Part shown: in pieces, positions 35,235-44,410 of the stretch
Position numbering within the stretch: position 1 is the stretch's first letter
Layout of the letters: every line of letters begins with the position of its first letter
Source of the DNA: Candidatus Marinacidobacterales bacterium
GTDB taxonomy: Bacteria > Acidobacteriota > Vicinamibacteria > Marinacidobacterales > DATDRI01
Direction: 5' to 3'
Assembly: GCA_965219415.1 (NCBI GenBank)
Contig: OZ244742.1
Coordinates: forward strand, 384,001 to 448,000
DNA length: 64,000 bases
Translations under genes and position numbers: made by a program
Notes under the pieces: generated by a model
Told to the model about the DNA's origin: nothing
Databases searched by the model: none
Seen by the model: only the letters and a program-made list of their open reading frames with translations

Positions 35235-36485
35235 TCAATGCTTCCCCTCCTCGTATCGTTTCAAGAGCAAGGCGGCGTTCGTGCCGCCGAAGCCGAAAGA
35301 GTTGGAGAGTACGTATTGCAACTTCGCCGGCCGCGCTTTTCCGGGAACATAGTCTAAATCGCACTCCGGATCCGGTGTTTCGTAATTCCCCGTCGGCGGG
35401 ATGATCTGCTCCTTGATGGCAAGCGCCACGATCCCGACCTCCAAGCCCCCGGCCCCACCGAGGAGGTGACCGGTCATGGACTTTGTAGAGCTTACCGCCA
35501 ATCGATGAGCGTGTTCGCCGAACACTCTCTTGATCGCCATCGTTTCTGTGCGGTCGTTGTATGGAGTCGACGTACCGTGCGCGTTGATGTAGTCCACCTG
35601 GTCGGGTCGAACCTTGGCGTCTTCGAGAGCCCGCGCCATAACCCTCGTCGCGCCGGCGCCATCCTTTGAGGGTGCAGTAATATGGTACGCGTCGGAGCTC
35701 ATCCCGTAGCCGACTATCTCGGCGTAGATGTTTGCGCCACGGGAGAGCGCTCCTTCGAGGGTCTCGAGCACCACGACCCCCGCCCCTTCCCCCACCACGA
35801 ACCCATCTCTATCCTTATCGAACGGTCGGGATGCCTTTTCCGGTTCGTCGTTCCGCGTGGACAAGGCGCGCATGGCGGCGAAGCCACCAATGCCCATAGG
35901 GGTGATCGCAGCCTCAGCCCCACCGGCGATCATGGCATCCGCATCGCCCCGTCGAATGATCTCGACCGCGTCACCGATCGCGTGAGAGCTGGCCGAACAC
36001 GCCGTGGCGGTCGCGGAGTTCGGCCCTTTGGCGCCGAAACGGATCGATACTTGTCCAGCGGCCAAGTTGATAATGCAGGCTGGAATAAAAAATGGCGAGA
36101 TTTTGCGTGGCCCTCCCTCAAGCAGGTTTCGGTGCTCCCGCTCGATGGTTGCGAATCCACCGATACCAGAAGCAATGAAGACCCCCATTCGGTCGGCGTT
36201 TTCCGCGGTCACCTTCAAGCCGGAGTCCCCCATCGCGAACGTTGACGCCGCCAGCGCATACTGGATGAATACGTCCATCTTCTTTACTTCCTTCTTCTCG
36301 ATGTACTGAAGCGGGTCGAAATTCTTCACTTCGCCCGCGATACGACAGGAAAAGGCGGAAGCATCGAAATGGGACACCGGCCCGATGCCGTTCTTACCCT
36401 CCAGCAGGGCGGTCCAGGTCTCACGGGTACCGATGCCCACCGCAGACACTAGGCCCACCCCCGTTATCACGACCCGTCGCGTCAT
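35235..36485 (-). CDS. fabF: beta-ketoacyl-ACP synthase II
   Basis: [34 protein letters not shown]. Confidence 0.97.
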   Translation of the reverse strand: MTRRVVITGVGLVSAVGIGTRETWTALLEGKNGIGPVSHFDASAFSCRIAGEVKNFDPLQYIEKKEVKKMDVFIQYALAASTFAMGDSGLKVTAENADRMGVFIASGIGGFATIEREHRNLLEGGPRKISPFFIPACIINLAAGQVSIRFGAKGPNSATATACSASSHAIGDAVEIIRRGDADAMIAGGAEAAITPMGIGGFAAMRALSTRNDEPEKASRPFDKDRDGFVVGEGAGVVVLETLEGALSRGANIYAEIVGYGMSSDAYHITAPSKDGAGATRVMARALEDAKVRPDQVDYINAHGTSTPYNDRTETMAIKRVFGEHAHRLAVSSTKSMTGHLLGGAGGLEVGIVALAIKEQIIPPTGNYETPDPECDLDYVPGKARPAKLQYVLSNSFGFGGTNAALLLKRYEEGKH

Positions 36486-36506
36486 GCCGAAGCTCCGGTC
36501 AATCTC

Positions 36507-36743
36507 TTACTTCTTGGCATGTCCTTCGATGTAAGTTACCGCTTCCTTGACTCGGGTGATCTTCTCCGCGTCCTCGTCCGGGATCTCGAGGCCGAACTCC
36601 TCCTCCAGGGCCATCACCAACTCCACTTGATCGAGAGAGTCGGCGCCTAAATCATCTACGAAGGATGCGTCCGGAATCACTTGCTCCTCCTCGACTCCCA
36701 ACTGATCTACGACAATGCTCTTCACTTTCTCTGGAATACTCAT
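36507..36743 (-). CDS. acpP: acyl carrier protein
   Basis: DLGADSLD motif, acidic 78 aa protein. Confidence 0.97.
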   Translation of the reverse strand: MSIPEKVKSIVVDQLGVEEEQVIPDASFVDDLGADSLDQVELVMALEEEFGLEIPDEDAEKITRVKEAVTYIEGHAKK

Positions 36744-36782
36744 TCGATCCCCCTCCTTGAGATTAACGTTGATTATAACAAT

Positions 36783-37526
36783 CTACATATACAGGCCGCC
36801 GTTGACCTGCAAGACTTGACCCGTCAGGTAGCTGGCGCCCCCAGATACAAGAAAGGCTACGCATGCGGCGACGTCTTCTGGCTGCCCGATGCGCCCCAGC
36901 GGTATTGATGCCGAGAGCTCTTGCCTGACTTGGTCGGATAGATTCTCCGTCATATCGGTTGCAATAAAGCCGGGCGCCACCGCGTTGACCGTTATGTTTC
37001 GCGATGCCACCTCTCGCGCCAGCGAGCGGGTGAACCCGAGGATGGCCGCCTTGGACGCCGCATAGTTGGTCTGACCGGCATTGCCCATCAAACCGACCAC
37101 AGAGCTCATGTTCACGATCCGTCCGTATCGTTGACGAATCATCGGCCGCAAGGCGGCCTGGCAGCAATGATAAAGCCCGTTGAGGTTCGTGGCAATTACG
37201 GCGTTCCAATCCTCCGGCTTCATCCGAAGGAGAAGATTGTCCCGAGCGATGCCGGCATTGCTCACCAAGATGTCCAGTCGTTTTTGCTCCCCCAACATGG
37301 TCTCGAAACCGGCGTCCACCGCAGCTCGATCCGAAACGTCCATGGCGATACCTTGAACTCGACCACCATCAGCCGACAATTCCTCTGCGGCTTGGCGGGC
37401 TCGGCCTGCGTCACGTCCGGTCACGATCACGTGCGCCCCTTCTTCGGTGAGCCGCGCGGCGACCGACCGACCAATCCCCCGACTACCACCCGTCACCAGG
37501 GCTACTTTTCCTTCGAGCTCAGCCAC
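36783..37526 (-). CDS. fabG: 3-oxoacyl-ACP reductase
   Basis: TGGSRGIG, NAGI, YAASK, VAPGFI. Confidence 0.95.
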   Translation of the reverse strand: MAELEGKVALVTGGSRGIGRSVAARLTEEGAHVIVTGRDAGRARQAAEELSADGGRVQGIAMDVSDRAAVDAGFETMLGEQKRLDILVSNAGIARDNLLLRMKPEDWNAVIATNLNGLYHCCQAALRPMIRQRYGRIVNMSSVVGLMGNAGQTNYAASKAAILGFTRSLAREVASRNITVNAVAPGFIATDMTENLSDQVRQELSASIPLGRIGQPEDVAACVAFLVSGGASYLTGQVLQVNGGLYM

Positions 37527-38457
37527 CCGTCACCTCTGCCATCAGTTTCTCGACGCCGCTCGGGTCCTCCACAGACGCAACGCGCGCCTCTTTCGAGATC
37601 TTCCGCACCAACCCGGCAAGAACTTTTCCGGGGCCAACCTCCACGAACTGATCCACGCCTTCTTCCAACAAGGCGCGAACCGACTCCTCCCAGCGAACCG
37701 GGGAAACTACTTGCCTCGTCAGTGCATCTTGCACCTGTTCTACCGTGCGCACCGGCGCTGCGTCCACATTGGAGACCACGGGCACTCGCGGATCGGAAAA
37801 AGTAATCTTGGCAAAATCTTGTTCCAGACGGTCCTGAGCCGGTCTCATCAGTTGACAGTGAAAGGGAGCGCTTACCGGAAGCGGAACAACCCGCCTTGCG
37901 CCTCGTCCTTTTGCCGCTTCCGCGGTGCGGTTCACCGCATTGGTATGGCCGGCAATGACGATCTGTCCCGGTCCGTTGAGGTTCGCGGGCTCGACAACTT
38001 CCCCTTCCGCCACTTCTTTACAAAGCGCCTCGACCTCGCCCAAGCCCAGACCGAGGATCGCAGCCATCGCTCCTGCGCCAACCGGCACCGCCTCTTGCAT
38101 GTAGCGCCCCCGGTTGCGCACCAGCACCACGGCATCTTCGAGCCGGAGACTCCCTGCCGCCACTAACGCCGAGTATTCGCCCAGACTGTGCCCGGCCACG
38201 AAGTTGGGCTCGATGCCCTGTGCTTCCAATATGCGATACAGTGCGGTGCTGGTGGTGAGAATTGCAGGCTGCGTGTTTTCGGTAAGCTTCAACTCATCGG
38301 CCGGCCCACCGAAGCAAAGCTTGGAAAGGGAGAAGCCCAACGACGCATCGGCCGACTCGAAAGTCTCGCGCGCTTCACGATGTGCTTCTACCGCCGCTAG
38401 GCCCATTCCCACCTGCTGTGAGCCTTGCCCGGGAAAAATCAACGCCAGTTTGCTCAT
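37519..38457 (-). CDS. fabD: malonyl-CoA:ACP transacylase
   Basis: FPGQGSQ, TQPA, GHSLGEY, VSAPFH. Confidence 0.96.
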   Translation of the reverse strand: MSKLALIFPGQGSQQVGMGLAAVEAHREARETFESADASLGFSLSKLCFGGPADELKLTENTQPAILTTSTALYRILEAQGIEPNFVAGHSLGEYSALVAAGSLRLEDAVVLVRNRGRYMQEAVPVGAGAMAAILGLGLGEVEALCKEVAEGEVVEPANLNGPGQIVIAGHTNAVNRTAEAAKGRGARRVVPLPVSAPFHCQLMRPAQDRLEQDFAKITFSDPRVPVVSNVDAAPVRTVEQVQDALTRQVVSPVRWEESVRALLEEGVDQFVEVGPGKVLAGLVRKISKEARVASVEDPSGVEKLMAEVTGG

Positions 38458-39476
38458 ACCGCTCTCGTCTGCTGCCCCACCCTCGCCAGTTCCCGAACTC
38501 CCTCATTGATCCGGTCGTTGCTCCCGCGACTGATGAAATCGTGGGCCACCCGAATGGCACTCTTAATCGCCTTCGAAGAGCTTCTTCCGTGGCAAATAAT
38601 GGCAACCGCATTGAGACCAAGAAGGGGTGCGCCCCCATACTCCCCATAGTCGACACGTTTCTTGAAACGGGCGAAGGCGGTTCGCGAGGCGAACGCTGCA
38701 AGACGCGAAAAAACAGTGCGAGTCATTTCTTGCCGAATCATCAAACTCAGTGCTTCCGCCGCCGCCTCGCTGACCTTGAGCGCCACGTTGCCGGTGAAAC
38801 CGTCGGTCACGATGACGTCCGCATCCCCGTTAAAGACGTGCCGGCCTTCGACGTTGCCGATGAAGTTAATGAGTCGGCTCTGCTTCAGCACGCGGTGCGC
38901 CTCGCGAGTCAGCTCGTTTCCTTTCAAGTCTTCCTCTCCGATCGACATCAGACCGACTCGGGGGTTGTCGATCTCCAGGACCGCCTTGGCGTAGACGTGG
39001 CCCATTACCGCGAACTGCACTAGGTGCTCGGGCCGGCATTCAACGTTGGCGCCGGCATCGAGAAGGACCGACACTCCGGTAGCGCTCGGCAAAACGGTCG
39101 CCAAGGCCGGACGATCGACTCCATCCAGACATCCCCACATCAATTTGGCGGTCGCCATGGAGGCGCCGGTGTTCCCGGCAGAGACAAAGCCCGCTGCCCG
39201 GCCTTCTTTCACCATTTCCGCCGCAACTCGAATCGAAGATTGCTTCTTCTTTCGAGTCGGGGTGAGGGCGGGCTCGTCCATCGCCACGACCTCCCGCGCA
39301 TCCACGATTTCGATGCCGTTGGCGTTCCGTCCGAGCTCCCGGTGCAGTTCGGCCTCGCGGCCCACCAGCGCTAGGGAGACGCCGTACTCCCGCCGTGCGG
39401 CAATAGCTCCTTGCACGACGTTGCGCGGCGCGAAGTCGCCCCCCATCGCATCCACGGCGATCGTCCAGTTTGTCAC
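38454..39476 (-). CDS. plsX: phosphate acyltransferase
   Basis: IAVDAMGGDFAP, SAGNTGA, DGFTGNV, GGAPLLG, HGRS. Confidence 0.96.
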   Translation of the reverse strand: MTNWTIAVDAMGGDFAPRNVVQGAIAARREYGVSLALVGREAELHRELGRNANGIEIVDAREVVAMDEPALTPTRKKKQSSIRVAAEMVKEGRAAGFVSAGNTGASMATAKLMWGCLDGVDRPALATVLPSATGVSVLLDAGANVECRPEHLVQFAVMGHVYAKAVLEIDNPRVGLMSIGEEDLKGNELTREAHRVLKQSRLINFIGNVEGRHVFNGDADVIVTDGFTGNVALKVSEAAAEALSLMIRQEMTRTVFSRLAAFASRTAFARFKKRVDYGEYGGAPLLGLNAVAIICHGRSSSKAIKSAIRVAHDFISRGSNDRINEGVRELARVGQQTRAV

Positions 39477-39512
39477 GACGGGAAGCCGCCTCGCCCGGAA
39501 GAGCGGAGCGGC

Positions 39513-39695
39513 CTATGCTTCCTTGACCTCCATGACCGCGTTCCCTTTGTAGTAACCACAACTCGGGCACACCCGGTGGGGAGGTTTCGGCTGATGGCAG
39601 TTTGGGCACTCGGAAAGACTGCTGAGGGCGAGAGCATCGTGCGTCCGCCGCTTGTTGCGCCGACTCTTGGAGTGACGCCGTTTCGGATTCGGCAT
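39513..39695 (-). CDS. rpmF: 50S ribosomal protein L32
   Basis: MPNPKRRHSKSRRNKRR...CPNC...HRVCPSCGYY; ATG 39695. Confidence 0.96.
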   Translation of the reverse strand: MPNPKRRHSKSRRNKRRTHDALALSSLSECPNCHQPKPPHRVCPSCGYYKGNAVMEVKEA

Positions 39696-39786
39696 TCCGG
39701 TAAACTCCTTTCGAGGCGAGTCAGGTTGTAAGAACCGCTCGCGTGTCTCTTCGGCCAAGGTGACGTTGGAGCCGCCCCGCCGGGCA

Positions 39787-40317
39787 CTACGACTTCAATA
39801 GCGTCTTGAGACTGGCCAGTCGTGGATCCACTGCCTCACGGGCGCAGTTGCAGGAAGACGAATTCAAGTTCGTCCCACATTTCGAGCACAGGCCCTGGCA
39901 GTCGTCACGGCAGATGGGTTTCATCGGGAGGGCCAGATAAATCTGCTCCCTTATCAAGAGGCCCACGTCGATCCTGTCATCCTGGTAGAAGCTGACGGCG
40001 AGGTCCTCATCCTTCAGCTCCCTGTCTTCGTCCTTACCAGGCGCGACATTCGCCGATGAGGGCAAGAACAGGAGGTCCAGAGGCTCAACCAAATCGAGCC
40101 GAAGCGGCTCCAAGCAGCGCACGCACGAGAGCTCCACCGTCGCGGTCAGCGAGCCTCCCAGCCGAAAGGCGACCTCGTCCACGCGCTCCAGTCGGCCCCC
40201 GACCGTAACGCGATCTACGAGCTGTAGCTCGGACTTTTCAAGAGACAACCGTTCGGCAGGAACCCCGAGGTTGACCTCTTGCCCTTCGTCTGGCACATGC
40301 GATAAGTCGATAAACAT
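39787..40317 (-). CDS. yceD: YceD/DUF177 family protein
   Basis: CVRCLE, LALPMKPICRDDCQGLCSKCG, DPRLASL; upstream of rpmF. Confidence 0.93.
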   Translation of the reverse strand: MFIDLSHVPDEGQEVNLGVPAERLSLEKSELQLVDRVTVGGRLERVDEVAFRLGGSLTATVELSCVRCLEPLRLDLVEPLDLLFLPSSANVAPGKDEDRELKDEDLAVSFYQDDRIDVGLLIREQIYLALPMKPICRDDCQGLCSKCGTNLNSSSCNCAREAVDPRLASLKTLLKS

Positions 40318-40343
40318 AACAGCCCCTTAGGTTAAGCGCCGGC

Positions 40344-40371
40344 ATTATAGCACGGGGACCGAGGCTGTCAA
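40344..40371 (-). promoter_or_regulatory. consensus sigma-70 promoter of the yceD-rpmF-plsX-fab operon
   Basis: Minus strand TTGACA-N16-TATAAT with extended TGn. Confidence 0.85.
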
Positions 40372-40496
40372 GAAACCGCGGCACGGGCTAGACCCCGTAA
40401 GTGCCTGTCTTGCCTAAAAATACGTGGCCTCAGAAGCCGAAAGACGGAACGATACCGGAAAGACCACTCACATATCCGAAAATGTCTGGCCCGCCA

Positions 40497-41681
40497 TCAA
40501 CGGCTCGCCAGCAGATCCTGGAGGAAGCTCTTCCCCGCCGCGAGCAGGCCCACACCGTAGTTCTCGGCCAAGGTCTGCCCGAGATCCGCAAAGCTAGCCC
40601 GGATGCCCAAGTCGGCCCCTGCCCGCACCCTCTTGCCTGCGACCAACAACGGGACATATTCTCGAGAGTGATCGGTGGAGGGGGTAGTTGGATCACAGCC
40701 GTGGTCGGCGGTCAGGCACACGACGTCGTCCTCTCTCGCTCCCGCCATCAATTCCGGAAGGCTTTGATCTAGCTCCTCGAGTGCGCGGGCGAAGCCAGGG
40801 ACATCGTTCCGATGCCCATACTGTTGGTCGAAATCGACCAGGTTCGTAAAGATGAAATCGGCATCCGACTCTCTCATCGCCTTGATCGTCTCGGCGATTC
40901 CCTGCGCGTTACTCTCAGTGTGAACGGCATCCGAGACGCCGGAACCAGCGAACAGATCTTCGATCTTACCTACTCCGAACACGCCGAGGTCGTGTTCCGC
41001 CATTCGGTCGAGCAAGGTGGGGCGGGGGGCTTTGGGCACGAAGTCGCGTCGCCGTGGCGTCCTAGCGAACGAGCCTGCTTTGCCTCCGAGAAACGGACGA
41101 GCGATGATCCGCGCGACGCCGTGGCCCTTGACCACGAGGTCGAAGGCGATCTGGCACATCTTATAGAGCTCATCGATCGGAACTGTTTCCTCATGGGTTG
41201 CGATCTGAAAAACGCTGTCCGCCGACGTGTACACGATGGGCTTGCCGGTCCGCCGGTGCTCTTCACCCAGCTCTTGAATGATCACCGTTCCACTCGCAGC
41301 TCGATTTCCCAGTGTCTCACGACCGATCCGCTTTTCGAACTCGGCGATCAGCTCGTTCGGAAACCCTTCCGGATAGGTCCGAAAAGCCTTCTCGAGAATG
41401 ATACCGGCCATTTCCCAGTGCCCGGTCGTGCTGTCCTTACCCGGCGAGGCCGCGTTCATCTTGCCGAAAGCACCGCGGAGGGACTCGGGCGCCGGCAGTT
41501 CGGGCACGAGCTCGGCGAGCCCCAAGCTGGCTAGATAGGGAACGTTGAGGGTTTGAGAAGTGGCGATATGGGCGACGGTGTTCGTTCCTCGGTCACCGTA
41601 GTCGGCGGCATCGGGGAGCTCGCCCACTCCTACGCCGTCCATGACGAGTACTATGGCACGCGAGAAGGCTCTCCTGGTCAC
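40497..41681 (-). CDS. deoB: phosphopentomutase
   Basis: VMDGVGVG, GKDSTTGHWE, YTSADSVFQI, NLVDFD..YGHR, TADHGCDP, DHSRE. Confidence 0.96.
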   Translation of the reverse strand: MTRRAFSRAIVLVMDGVGVGELPDAADYGDRGTNTVAHIATSQTLNVPYLASLGLAELVPELPAPESLRGAFGKMNAASPGKDSTTGHWEMAGIILEKAFRTYPEGFPNELIAEFEKRIGRETLGNRAASGTVIIQELGEEHRRTGKPIVYTSADSVFQIATHEETVPIDELYKMCQIAFDLVVKGHGVARIIARPFLGGKAGSFARTPRRRDFVPKAPRPTLLDRMAEHDLGVFGVGKIEDLFAGSGVSDAVHTESNAQGIAETIKAMRESDADFIFTNLVDFDQQYGHRNDVPGFARALEELDQSLPELMAGAREDDVVCLTADHGCDPTTPSTDHSREYVPLLVAGKRVRAGADLGIRASFADLGQTLAENYGVGLLAAGKSFLQDLLASR

Positions 41682-41687
41682 GCGCCT

Positions 41688-41951
41688 TCAGTCTTTCGTC
41701 TCCGCACCTCCTACCACCGGGTCCATGTTGAGGTAGTTGCCGAACTGCCTCGTGCCGCTGATAGTAGAGATAGCGTGCTTGAAGATCATCTGGTCGATCC
41801 CGTTGTTCTCCATGATGATGGCAAAACGATCGAAACTCTTGATACGCCCGCCGAGTTTCGTTCCGTTCATTAGATATACGGTTACGTTTACCCGCTCGCG
41901 CCGGGCATGGTTCAAGAAGCTATCTTGTATGTTAGGAGGCTGTTTTTGCAT
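41688..41951 (-). CDS. hfq: RNA chaperone Hfq
   Basis: NIQDSFLN, YLMNG, SFD, MIFKHAISTI. Confidence 0.96.
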   Translation of the reverse strand: MQKQPPNIQDSFLNHARRERVNVTVYLMNGTKLGGRIKSFDRFAIIMENNGIDQMIFKHAISTISGTRQFGNYLNMDPVVGGAETKD

Positions 41952-43014
41952 GCACCCCTTCTTCCTCAATAGACGTTAGAGGAATTTCTTTTCCCTCACC
42001 CGGCGTCTGACGCGTCTGATAGTGGCACGACGTTTCTTGACGCCCACAGTCTTCTCTATGCGGGAGACGGACTAGCGGATGAAGAGACTTTTCTTGGCTA
42101 CGGAGGTATCGCTCGGTCGCCTCCACGACTTCAGGCTCATCCCCACTACCGGTAAACCAAACCACGCCCTCTTCCCGGTTAAACCAAGTCATTTGGCGTT
42201 TCGCGTATTGAAGCGTCGCTTTGAGCGTCAATTCTCGCGCCCTTTCGAGATCGAACTCACCCGCGAGGTACTGCGCCACCTGACGATAGCCGATAGCCTT
42301 GAGTACCGGCGCGTGGTTGCCGAATTCGCTCACCAGGCCCCGCACCTCATCGACCAGTCCCCCGTCGAACATCTCGGCGATGCGAGCCTCGATCCGACGA
42401 GCCAACTCTTGCCGCGCCGGCGTGATGCCGATTAAGACGACACGGTAACCCATCAGAGGCCTCGTCCGTTCTCTCATCATATCGCTCATCGGCCGTTTGG
42501 CGAGTATATTGACTTCTAGGGCCCGCACCGTTCGCACGGTATCGTTCTCGTGAATTCGTTTCGCAGACACTGGATCGAGGCGTGCCAACATGCGGTGAAC
42601 GAATCGAGAGCCGCGACGCTCCGCGATCGCTGCGATCCGGCCTCGTAGTTTGGGGTCTCGACCCGGTCTATCGAACAAACCGCGAAGCAGCGCCCTCAGA
42701 TAGAGCCCGGTGCCCCCGACCACGAGAGGTAACTTGCCCCGGCGGTCGATGTCCTCGACGATCGGCGCCGCGAGTCGAATGTAGCTGGCAGCCGAGAAGT
42801 CCCTGGACGGGTCGGCAACGTCCAGAAGATGGTGGGGAATTTCTCTTTGCTCGACGAGGGTCAACTTTCCGGTTCCGATGTCCGCGCCCCGGTAGACTTG
42901 AAGCGCGTCGCAACCAACGATCTCTCCATCAAATATTTCCGCAAGGCGTAGCGCCAGCGCACTCTTGCCGGAGCCGGTGGGCCCGACTACACCAACCAGA
43001 GCCCACCTTCTCAT
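41932..43014 (-). CDS. miaA: tRNA dimethylallyltransferase (true 3' end may be nearer 42070)
   Basis: GPTGSGKS, QVYRGADIGTGK, VGGTGLY, AIGY, YAKRQMTWF. Confidence 0.95.
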   Translation of the reverse strand: MRRWALVGVVGPTGSGKSALALRLAEIFDGEIVGCDALQVYRGADIGTGKLTLVEQREIPHHLLDVADPSRDFSAASYIRLAAPIVEDIDRRGKLPLVVGGTGLYLRALLRGLFDRPGRDPKLRGRIAAIAERRGSRFVHRMLARLDPVSAKRIHENDTVRTVRALEVNILAKRPMSDMMRERTRPLMGYRVVLIGITPARQELARRIEARIAEMFDGGLVDEVRGLVSEFGNHAPVLKAIGYRQVAQYLAGEFDLERARELTLKATLQYAKRQMTWFNREEGVVWFTGSGDEPEVVEATERYLRSQEKSLHPLVRLPHREDCGRQETSCHYQTRQTPGEGKEIPLTSIEEEGVHAKTAS

Positions 43015-43193
43015 CCGACGAACCAGCGCACGGTGAGGAGAAGGACAAGTAGCCCGCCTAGGGTGACCGCACCGTAGATTTCAGCCGTTTGAAGTCTGGG
43101 GAGAGAGGAGGCTTCCACACGATTCATAAGAGATTGAGCGGCTTTGGTCCAATCACGCGGCAGCCGTCGTCCAATGAGTCCGCGGGAGCTCAC
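43011..43193 (-). CDS. small membrane protein
   Basis: 60 aa with a C-terminal TM helix; 4-nt overlaps with both neighbours indicate translational coupling. Confidence 0.6.
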   Translation of the reverse strand: MSSRGLIGRRLPRDWTKAAQSLMNRVEASSLPRLQTAEIYGAVTLGGLLVLLLTVRWFVG

Positions 43194-44320
43194 TTATCTC
43201 CCCTCATCGTACGGAAAATCTGGATGAGTTGAGCTTCGTGAGAAACGCCAAGCGTTCGTTTGACCGCTAAGAGCTCCGCATAAAGAAGCTCATTGAGGGC
43301 CTCTACCAAACGGTTGCGGCGTTCGAAAGGCTTCAAACGCGACACGTTCAGTTCGATCTGGTGCGGGTCGAGCGAGCCGTCGCGGCGCAACCTAGCTCGT
43401 TCGAAGAGCGAGTGCGGCCGTCCCTTCAACTCGCCCAAATATTTCTCGAGGATGATCTCTGCAATGGGCCCCACTTCGCCCGACATGTGGCGAAACAGGT
43501 ACTTGTACATTTCGTTATATAGCTCGACCATTCCCCGGTAGTCGGCACGTTCAATAGCTTCCGGATCGAGCGGCGCATGCTTGCGGCCCTTGACTTCTAC
43601 TACCCCCACCGACATGAACGCATAGAGCACCTTGCGGGTCTCCGCCTCCCCGATCTCGCTCTCCTTGCAGATCTCGGCAACCGTGCGTAGGCCGTCCACA
43701 TGTCGGACGACATGCTCTTCGTAAGGCTCCAGGGGAAGCGGTGACAACTTTTCCGTTCTTTCCAAAATCGTGTCTACCGGAACGAAGTGGCTGCTGATCG
43801 CTCCAGCCCCACTGATACGGCGGATCCCTTCCACGATCAAGCTCTCGACTTCGAGGTTGATGGTGATTTTTTCCCCGCGCGGCCGATCGCTCTCCTCGAA
43901 CTGAAAGGAGCCCTCCTCCCACGTAAAGAGATTCCACACGATCTCTCGCACCTGCTGCTCGATTCCCCACCAGAGGTCGCGGGGAGCCAGAACGCCGCTT
44001 TCGATGAGCGCCTTACCCAGACGCTGTCCTCCACGAATCCGCTGCGATAGCTGGAGGTACTCGTCGGCGGAGATCCTGCCGCCCCGCAGCAGTACCTCGC
44101 CGAGCCGATCCTGGCTCAAGCTGGAGGCGGCGAACACAACATTCCCGTCGAGAAAATACAGGGCCTTGCGCACACCGGTCTGCACGACGGAAAGCACGCC
44201 GGTCTTTTCAGAGACCTTGAGAAAGACGAGCATCTCCGGAAGACTGACATCCGCGAGGCGCCCGCGCAGAGTGCCACCCTTGGTTAGCTCTTCCGCACTA
44301 GTTACTTCGAACGTTGACAT
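43190..44320 (-). CDS. DUF4388 domain protein
   Basis: LRGRLADVSLPEML...KTGVL, RLGEVLL, LFTWEEGSFQF, DGLRTVAEI. Confidence 0.88.
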   Translation of the reverse strand: MSTFEVTSAEELTKGGTLRGRLADVSLPEMLVFLKVSEKTGVLSVVQTGVRKALYFLDGNVVFAASSLSQDRLGEVLLRGGRISADEYLQLSQRIRGGQRLGKALIESGVLAPRDLWWGIEQQVREIVWNLFTWEEGSFQFEESDRPRGEKITINLEVESLIVEGIRRISGAGAISSHFVPVDTILERTEKLSPLPLEPYEEHVVRHVDGLRTVAEICKESEIGEAETRKVLYAFMSVGVVEVKGRKHAPLDPEAIERADYRGMVELYNEMYKYLFRHMSGEVGPIAEIILEKYLGELKGRPHSLFERARLRRDGSLDPHQIELNVSRLKPFERRNRLVEALNELLYAELLAVKRTLGVSHEAQLIQIFRTMRGDK

Positions 44321-44410
44321 AATGGGCAGGCTGGGTATTCGATAATGCTATTGGAGGCGACGAAGGTTGTCAACTTCTGGGCATGCGGCAGCAAAGGAGC
44401 AGAGGAGCGC

